Positions 58,434 to 64,000 of a DNA stretch of 64,000 nucleotides are shown here, in pieces. The notes under the pieces were generated by a model. The model worked only from the letters and a program-made list of their open reading frames with translations. It had not been told where the DNA came from and searched no databases. Made by a program: the position numbers and the translations under genes. Origin of the DNA: a virus; IMG/VR virus record IMGVR_UViG_3300021090_000001, positions 1-64,000 of that record; one strand, given 5' to 3'. Each line of letters begins with the position of its first letter. Positions within the stretch are counted from its first letter, which is position 1.

Positions 58434-59455
58434 CGTTCCCTCCTGGTCAGTTGTCGGAACTTCTGTTCGTTCTGCGAGGCGGCGCGCTCGATGTCGCCAT
58501 GCTCGATTCGTGCGTAGGCCAGCGTCTGCTGGAGCGTTGCATGACCCAACAGTCGCTGCACTATCTCTAAGTCCATGCCAGAACGCAACCACAAGGTCGC
58601 GCAAGTGTGGCGGAAGCGGTGGTACTCCCAGCCGCCGAGGATCAGCGGAATCTTGCGGAAGCCGGTCTCGTACGGCGCTTTGAGGGCGACGCCGGTCGCA
58701 GTGTTCTTCCACCCGACGATCCAGGGGCGGTCGTGGACGACGCCGAGCTGACCGCGGACTTCAAGCCAGCGGTGGATCGAGTTGCGCAGCGGGTTGGTGA
58801 AGGGGACCTTGCGGAAATGGTCCTTGCCGTTTGACCGCTCGCCTCGTTGGGGCACGATGATCATGTCGTTGTCGGGGTGGATGTGATCGATCTCGGCCGT
58901 GAATATCTCGATCGACCGCAGCCCAGCTTCCAACGCGAGTCCAAAGATCGCCTCGCACTGGAGCCTCATCGCGTGATCGCCTATGCGGCGATATCGGCTC
59001 CTGCCCTCCTGGTAGCGCTGCATCCAGTGGTCGAAGCGGGGGCCGGGCGGCAGACGGGCGTTTAGAGCCTCCCAGAAGGCCCTCAGCTCCTTCGAGCTGT
59101 AGGGCTTCGGTTCGCTCTGGCCGGTCGCGCCCTTCGGGTCTTTGACGAGTTTGATCGCCATCAACTGCTCGGCGCCGACCAGGCCGTTCTCGAAGCCCCA
59201 GGTGAAGAAGGGGTTGACCATGCCGTGGCGCCAGCGGACGGTATTGACATGCAGGCCGTCGGTCAGCGCCGCGAGGTAGGCGCGCAGGTCGCCCGCATCG
59301 CATTCCTCCGGGCGGCTTTTCCCGGCGAACTCGGCCAGCCGCTCCAGCTCCTGCCGCTGCTGGCGCTGTCGCTTCTCGCTGAGCCCGTTGTAGAGCTGGT
59401 AGCCGGTATGGAAACGGCCGAGCGAGTCCGGGGTGTCGAGCGTGGCCGTGGTCAT
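58430..59455 (-). CDS. int: Tyrosine recombinase / integrase (XerC/D-like architecture)
   Basis: 341 aa. SAM-like N-terminal domain. C-terminal HRFRHTCATLWL...LLGHATLQQTLAYARI (R..HxxR..Y). Confidence 0.9.
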   Translation of the reverse strand: MTTATLDTPDSLGRFHTGYQLYNGLSEKRQRQQRQELERLAEFAGKSRPEECDAGDLRAYLAALTDGLHVNTVRWRHGMVNPFFTWGFENGLVGAEQLMAIKLVKDPKGATGQSEPKPYSSKELRAFWEALNARLPPGPRFDHWMQRYQEGRSRYRRIGDHAMRLQCEAIFGLALEAGLRSIEIFTAEIDHIHPDNDMIIVPQRGERSNGKDHFRKVPFTNPLRNSIHRWLEVRGQLGVVHDRPWIVGWKNTATGVALKAPYETGFRKIPLILGGWEYHRFRHTCATLWLRSGMDLEIVQRLLGHATLQQTLAYARIEHGDIERAASQNEQKFRQLTRRER

Positions 59456-59477
59456 CGCGATCCTCCCTTCTGAGTCG

Positions 59478-59512
59478 TGAACGCATGTTCATGAACCATG
59501 AACATGCGTTCA
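59478..59512. repeat. Perfect inverted repeat TGAACGCATGTTCATG-aac-CATGAACATGCGTTCA
   Basis: 16-bp arms with a 3-nt spacer, or equivalently 13-bp arms with a 9-bp centre. Lies 23 nt upstream of the recombinase ATG and overlaps the stop of the upstream gene. Confidence 0.85.
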
Positions 59513-59740
59513 GATTTCGAGCGTCGTCGCCTTCGACTTGCGCCAGTGGCCGACGACCTGGTATGCGGTGACGAAGCTGGTGATCAACCCGCGCCCCGGC
59601 ACCATCGGGCGAATGGTGAGCCCGCGTATCTTGCGGACTGGATCGTTGTGTGCCTCCTTGGAGACGAGGGCGAAGGACCGCTGACCTCGCACATCGATCC
59701 TGATCACGTCGTCCTTCTTGATGCCGGTCAGCGAGGCCAT
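59510..59740 (-). CDS. Hypothetical small protein
   Basis: 76 aa from the internal ATG at 59740. Confidence 0.5.
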   Translation of the reverse strand: MASLTGIKKDDVIRIDVRGQRSFALVSKEAHNDPVRKIRGLTIRPMVPGRGLITSFVTAYQVVGHWRKSKATTLEI

Positions 59741-59973
59741 CAGACCTCCCCGCTCGCGCCGCTGGCTGCTCCAGACCGAAGCGGGCGAACGATCCACCGG
59801 GTCCTGCGGCCGAGATCGGGAAAATCAAAGGAGTAGACAACGAATACGAGCCAGCCTCCGGTCGAGACCGGGGTGACGACGCTATCGACTATCTCCAGCT
59901 CGATGTTAGGGTATCTCTGATGCTGCGAATCCATTGCTTCCCGAACCAGCTCGGCGTCACCTTTGATCGCCAT
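59740..59973 (-). CDS. Hypothetical small protein
   Basis: 77 aa from the ATG at 59973, preceded by GGAGGAGGAAG. Confidence 0.5.
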   Translation of the reverse strand: MAIKGDAELVREAMDSQHQRYPNIELEIVDSVVTPVSTGGWLVFVVYSFDFPDLGRRTRWIVRPLRSGAASGASGEV

Positions 59974-60394
59974 CTTCCTCCTCCTTCTCTCGTTTGTCAC
60001 GGTCAGATTCCAGCTTGGCGATGACCTTCAGCGCCGCCGGACTCGGTGCCTCGACCTCGGCCATACCGTGGCGCGCTGCTTCCCCGCCGGTGTTGAATAG
60101 CGGCGTGCTGGTGGTGTAGTCGAGAAAGGGCTCGGGGTCCTCGATCATGCCCGCTGCCCCGCCGAGCCGGAGCGCAAGCGAGTTGTTCATGTCGTGAGTC
60201 CCGCACCAACCGGCGCAAGCTCGCCCGTCCTGTCGATGACAAAGGAACATTCCCGTCGGCTGAGAGGCGGTGTAACGGTCGTACTCGGGCAGCTTGCGAT
60301 ACTCGCTCCGGTCCCACAGACCGCTGGGCACGTCGCGGCGGTAGGGGCAGGAGCCACATGGGTTCGGCGCCGGGGGTTTAATCACCTTTGACAT
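59957..60394 (-). CDS. CPYRR-motif Cys-rich protein (paralog of 56927..57355)
   Basis: 145 aa. CGSCPYRRDVPSGLW...FLCHRQ...CAGWCG. Confidence 0.6.
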   Translation of the reverse strand: MSKVIKPPAPNPCGSCPYRRDVPSGLWDRSEYRKLPEYDRYTASQPTGMFLCHRQDGRACAGWCGTHDMNNSLALRLGGAAGMIEDPEPFLDYTTSTPLFNTGGEAARHGMAEVEAPSPAALKVIAKLESDRDKREKEEEDGDQR

Positions 60395-60605
60395 CCCAGT
60401 CCACCTTTCTCAGCCATCTGAAGGCAGGTACATGACCGCGCTCGATGCCTAGGGTTGCGTTCCTTAGGGCAAGAGTGGCGCAGCCCGAGCAGTATTCGAC
60501 GGACCTGTCGAACTCCTCCATGCCTGCCGGTATCTCCTCGGGCGGGATCACAACTTCCAGAATGTCAGTGGGCTCCTGATCGCAGCCATACGCTCCGCAG
60601 CTCAT
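60378..60605 (-). CDS. Hypothetical small Cys protein
   Basis: 75 aa. CGAYGC...CSGC. Confidence 0.5.
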   Translation of the reverse strand: MSCGAYGCDQEPTDILEVVIPPEEIPAGMEEFDRSVEYCSGCATLALRNATLGIERGHVPAFRWLRKVDWDVKGD

Positions 60606-61066
60606 GCCTCACTCCTAACTAGGGCAGCCAGTCGATCGACGTTGTCGTTGATGTTCGCGGCGCTGTCGAACGGGCCGCCCTTGGAGTGCAGCAGGACTCC
60701 GCCAACCACGGCTACGAACGCCCGTTGGACGTTCGCTGGGATGTCGCCGAGAGCGCCGTCGAGATCGCGCTCGTCATAGCAGCGGGTCATCCCACGCGGG
60801 CCGTCGAGGGCGGGCATCATCTCGTTGACCACCACGGCCATGCGGAGGACGCCCGCCTTGATCAGATCGACGTTGTCGCTGCCAACGACGATCAGGTCGG
60901 CGAACAGTTTGGTCATCTCCAGGACCTGCTCGACGGCGTCCTCGCCGTACTGTTCGACCAGTCTGGCGCGTTGCTCGGCCAGGAAGTTGCGGCGCATCCG
61001 ATTGAACTCGTCGTCGCCGTCTTCCGGCGGTAGGATCGGCGGCAGGATGTCGTTGATGTCGGCCAT
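60602..61066 (-). CDS. Hypothetical protein
   Basis: 154 aa from the ATG at 61066, preceded by AAGGAGGGTG. Confidence 0.55.
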   Translation of the reverse strand: MADINDILPPILPPEDGDDEFNRMRRNFLAEQRARLVEQYGEDAVEQVLEMTKLFADLIVVGSDNVDLIKAGVLRMAVVVNEMMPALDGPRGMTRCYDERDLDGALGDIPANVQRAFVAVVGGVLLHSKGGPFDSAANINDNVDRLAALVRSEA

Positions 61067-61638
61067 CACCCTCCTTTCTCTGGTTCGTCGGGGCGGCCTT
61101 TGTAGCCCGACCCGATGCGGTTCTTGAAGAAGCCCTGGTGAATCCGCACGTTGATTGCGTACAGCGAATGCTCGTGGGCTCGCATCTCCGGTTCCCGGCG
61201 CATGTCGTGTTCGAGCGCCCGTTTGGAGAGAGCCTTTTGGTCTTCGGCTTCGACCAGCGCATGACAGACTCCGCACGCCGCCCACGGACCTTTGCTGCCG
61301 CCCGCTGGCATTCCCATGACCTGGATTCCGTACTCGAAGTCTTTGCACGGGTGGGTCCAGACATCGCCCTCCTCCATGACGTTCGAGCAGAAGTCACAAA
61401 CCTCCTGGACGACGATGCTGGTGAAACGTTCGTGTCCACAGTGGGGGCAGACCAGCGGCGCGGGCGGCATCTTCTCGAAGTCGAACTTGGAATGGCACCC
61501 GTTGCACTCATAGATCGTGTTGCTGGCGACGCTGGGCATCAGATGTGGCTCCAAGTCTTGCGAGTGACGATGTTGGAAATGGTGGCCTGCGAGACGCCGA
61601 ACTTGGTCCTCGCTCAGCTTCGGAAGCGCCAGCCTCAC
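61066..61638 (-). CDS. Zinc-ribbon protein
   Basis: 190 aa. The GTG overlaps the upstream TGA. CNGCHS...CPHCGH...CDFC...CGVCH. Confidence 0.5.
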   Translation of the reverse strand: MRLALPKLSEDQVRRLAGHHFQHRHSQDLEPHLMPSVASNTIYECNGCHSKFDFEKMPPAPLVCPHCGHERFTSIVVQEVCDFCSNVMEEGDVWTHPCKDFEYGIQVMGMPAGGSKGPWAACGVCHALVEAEDQKALSKRALEHDMRREPEMRAHEHSLYAINVRIHQGFFKNRIGSGYKGRPDEPEKGG

Positions 61639-62789
61639 TTTTCACCCAGCAGTTCCAGCGCGCGGGCTACGCCCATCGGCGTGAGGGACCTGCCACCGCT
61701 GCCGACCTGAAGTAGTCCCTGCTTCAGCATGTAGGGCTCGACCCGCAATTGCACGGCCTTGGTGTCGCGGCTGAGCCCGATCGCGGTGGCGATCGTGTTG
61801 ATGCTGGCGCTGTAGCTGACTTCGCCGTCGCCTTTGCGCTCGCGGCGGCAGCGTGTGTAGAGGAACCGGAGCGTGCCCTGCATCTCCCGCGTCAGGCCGT
61901 CGTGCGTGGTCTGGTTCATCTCCAGGACCTCGGTGGCGATGAAGGGCGTGATGTAGTTATCCGGGGGCGCTAGCGATTCGGCGTTGCGCAGGAAGTTGTT
62001 GACGACGCGCGGCGTGAACCGGGCGGCGCCAGCGAAGAGTTCGGCGATGCCGGGCATGAGGGTGAGGCCGAGCGCAGTCGCGTTGCGTTCCGCGATAACT
62101 GCTAACTCGCGTTGAGAGTAATCCTCAAGGCGCGGGTTCAGCGGGAAGCGATCGAGGAACGGATCGGGCAGGCGGCCGGGGTCGGTGGTCGCGCCGATCA
62201 CAGTGACGGCCGGGAAGGAGACCATGCCCTCGCTGGTCATCAGCACACCGTCCTCCAGCAGGGCGAGGAAGACCTCGGGTGCGGACATCGCTTCCTTGCC
62301 GCGCCGCTCCATCACGGCCTGCATGTGAATCTCGTCAACGAACAAGATGTCGCGGTCCTCCATGACCTCGCGGAGGGCCAGCAGTGTCTCCATCGAGACG
62401 GGGGCGGCGACCTGGAACATGCGGCGACCCAGTTCGTTCGCGATGACGTTGGCGAAGGTGGTCTTGCCGGTTCCGGCCGGGCCGACCAGCAGCGCGTGAT
62501 CCAGCGCCTCGTTTCGGGTGAGGGCGGCGGTGATCACGCGCTGCATGGCGGCTTTCGCCCGGTTCTGTCCGACGACATCGGCGAACCTGGTGGGTCGCAG
62601 CCGGTTCTTGGAGCTGGTCTCCTCGCCTACTGGTTGCGGCGCGGCCTCTCGGGCTGCCTGGGCGTCGGATTCTTCCTTGCTGAGGTTGCGGAGGCGCGCG
62701 TCGATTTCGCGCTGCTCGTCCTTCAGCTCGTGCAAGCGCCGCCGCACGGCGGCAGCCTCAAATGCGTGTGGGTCAAGTCCGGTGGGCAT
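61635..62789 (-). CDS. RuvB-like AAA+ ATPase
   Basis: 384 aa. RPTRFADVVGQNRAK...LLVGPAGTGKTTFANVIA...ILFVDEIHM follows the RuvB N-terminal and Walker A/B layout. Confidence 0.75.
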   Translation of the reverse strand: MPTGLDPHAFEAAAVRRRLHELKDEQREIDARLRNLSKEESDAQAAREAAPQPVGEETSSKNRLRPTRFADVVGQNRAKAAMQRVITAALTRNEALDHALLVGPAGTGKTTFANVIANELGRRMFQVAAPVSMETLLALREVMEDRDILFVDEIHMQAVMERRGKEAMSAPEVFLALLEDGVLMTSEGMVSFPAVTVIGATTDPGRLPDPFLDRFPLNPRLEDYSQRELAVIAERNATALGLTLMPGIAELFAGAARFTPRVVNNFLRNAESLAPPDNYITPFIATEVLEMNQTTHDGLTREMQGTLRFLYTRCRRERKGDGEVSYSASINTIATAIGLSRDTKAVQLRVEPYMLKQGLLQVGSGGRSLTPMGVARALELLGEK

Positions 62790-62840
62790 CTAACCCTCCT
62801 ATGGTTGGTCGAAGCGTTGCATCATGCTACAGAAGATTTG

Positions 62841-62868
62841 CCCCGGTGGGTGGAGAAACCCACCGGGG
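62841..62868 (-). terminator. Hairpin between 62877 gene and RuvB-like gene
   Basis: 11-bp stem CCCCGGTGGGT / ACCCACCGGGG with a 6-nt loop. Confidence 0.5.
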
Positions 62869-62876
62869 AACGCGCA

Positions 62877-63824
62877 CTACGCTTTGGGCATCAGCAACTG
62901 CTCCAGGGCGTCGTCCAGCAGGGTGACACCTGCGTTGAGGACCGAGAGCTTGGTGTCGAGCAGGCTCTGGTAGCGCTCGATGCCCTCTTTGATCCGCAGT
63001 CGCTCTGCCACGAGGTTCTTCTGGCGGTCGCCGCGAACCGGCGTGCCCGCCTTCAGGCGCTGGCTGCACTCGGCCAGGAGAGAGTCGATCTCGCCCTGCA
63101 CGTTCTCCGTGTAGTGGCGCTGGATCATCTGCTTTTCCGGCGCGTCGGCCAAGCACGGGATGATGGCCAGCTCGGCGAGCCCGGCGCCTTTGTAGAGGCC
63201 GCGCAGCACCGACTCGATCGACTCCAGCGTCCCGTGCGAAACCTTCGGGACGAAGAACACACCCTTATTCTGGATGCGCGTTGAGTGATCGGCGATCAGG
63301 GTTTCTCGGATCGCGGCGCGGACTTTGTTGCCGGGAACTTTGGTCCCGTTGGCCTCGTACTCGGCGCGGATCACGTCACCCAGTCTCCGGAGTTCTTTGT
63401 AGAGTTTCCGGTCGTCCAGGGCTTCGTGTTTAATCACGCCGTCCTTGGCGGCGAAGGTGATTCGCATCGCCTTCGGATGCTCGATCAGGCGCTGATCTTT
63501 GTCGCGAACGAGCTGCGTGATCTGGTACACGCATTCCTCGCTGGACTCCAGCACCCGATCGACCTTGATCTCATGGGTGCGGTCTTCTTCGGTTCGACGC
63601 GACTCCACCGACCGGCAGGCAGCCATGAACACGTCGGCGGGGCGGCGCTGTCTGGGGACCAGGTTTTCGTCCAGTCCCTCAGCGAGCCAGAGGCGTCGCA
63701 GTTTGGTGGCGGAAACCGGCTGGTTCGGAATTGACACCAGCGCGATGTACCCTAGGATCATTTCGGTCGTCACGTCACCGCTGGGGGTAGCGGCGACTAC
63801 GTTCTTGGCACGGCGCTTAGTCAT
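62877..63824 (-). CDS. Hypothetical protein
   Basis: 315 aa. ATG preceded by GGAATGGAGGATG. No motif recognised. Confidence 0.6.
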   Translation of the reverse strand: MTKRRAKNVVAATPSGDVTTEMILGYIALVSIPNQPVSATKLRRLWLAEGLDENLVPRQRRPADVFMAACRSVESRRTEEDRTHEIKVDRVLESSEECVYQITQLVRDKDQRLIEHPKAMRITFAAKDGVIKHEALDDRKLYKELRRLGDVIRAEYEANGTKVPGNKVRAAIRETLIADHSTRIQNKGVFFVPKVSHGTLESIESVLRGLYKGAGLAELAIIPCLADAPEKQMIQRHYTENVQGEIDSLLAECSQRLKAGTPVRGDRQKNLVAERLRIKEGIERYQSLLDTKLSVLNAGVTLLDDALEQLLMPKA

Positions 63825-63836
63825 CCTCCATTCCTC

Positions 63837-64000
63837 CTAGCTGATGTTGACGGCCAGTGCATCGGTGGCCGTGTTGGCTCCCGCGAGGTCATAGGCTGAG
63901 ACGAGCGTGTCGCACATCTCCTCCTGGTATTTGCTGGGAGAGTCGCCGATCATCACACCGTGAATGCGAACGCCTTGACCGCGCAGGCTGTCTCGCAGCC
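63837..64000 (-). CDS. 3' end of a gene truncated by the window edge (VWA-domain-like C-terminus?)
   Basis: The minus frame reads ...VRIHGVMIGDSPSKYQEEMCDTLVSAYDLAGANTATDALAVNIS then stop (TAG at 63839-63837). Not in the ORF track because it is partial. Confidence 0.35.
   Translation of the reverse strand, partial: LRDSLRGQGVRIHGVMIGDSPSKYQEEMCDTLVSAYDLAGANTATDALAVNIS

Noticed and set aside
1-64000. CRISPR arrays, tRNA/tmRNA genes and rRNA.
   Set aside because: I saw no regularly spaced direct repeats. The non-coding gaps (9110-9350, 22184-22512, 24437-24720, 41776-41925) lack a T-loop GGTTCGAATCC-type box or cloverleaf arrangement. This was a scan by eye, so tRNAscan-SE or ARAGORN should confirm it.

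Overview
The whole 64-kb window looks like a GC-rich (strong GC3 bias) tailed-phage genome or prophage, siphovirus-like and probably temperate. I saw no clear host genes, rRNA, tRNA or CRISPR array.

Plus-strand block (46-54505), in order:
- small Cys-rich and HTH genes
- lysis cassette: putative peptidase, GH25 muramidase, holin
- HNH endonuclease, TerS, and a TerL interrupted by a 337-aa intein
- portal
- an unusual cluster of Ig-like and fibre-like genes
- protease/scaffold, putative decoration protein, major capsid protein
- head-tail connector genes
- a roughly 1.6-kb moron island on mixed strands: small minus-strand genes, a structured non-coding stretch and a lipoprotein
- major tail protein, tail assembly chaperone with a canonical -1 frameshift site, 1632-aa tape measure protein, baseplate and fibre genes
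- recombination module: annealase-like protein, RusA, Cas4-like exonuclease
- replication module, including DnaB
- a 6.3-kb island holding four glycosyltransferases, two methyltransferases and RNase HI
- a sigma-70-family factor

Minus-strand block (54506-64000), converging on the sigma gene: a wHTH protein, a two-dinucleotide-fold flavoenzyme, small unknown genes, a tyrosine recombinase, a RuvB-like AAA+ ATPase, and a partial VWA-like ORF at the window edge.

Main non-obvious signals:
1. A conserved 21-bp promoter-like motif, CCGACGCGCGTCGTACATTAG, occurs 8 times intergenically, once inside the scaffold gene, and twice in degenerate form. Several copies are spaced as expected for leaderless mRNAs.
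2. The TerL P-loop carries an Ala1 intein with the class-3 W/C/T triplet and a LAGLIDADG domain.
3. The glycosylation/methylation island.
4. A lox-like perfect inverted repeat lies beside the recombinase gene.
5. A structured non-coding region and a start-codon-spanning palindrome lie in the moron island.

All product calls come from motif recognition by eye. No database search was run.
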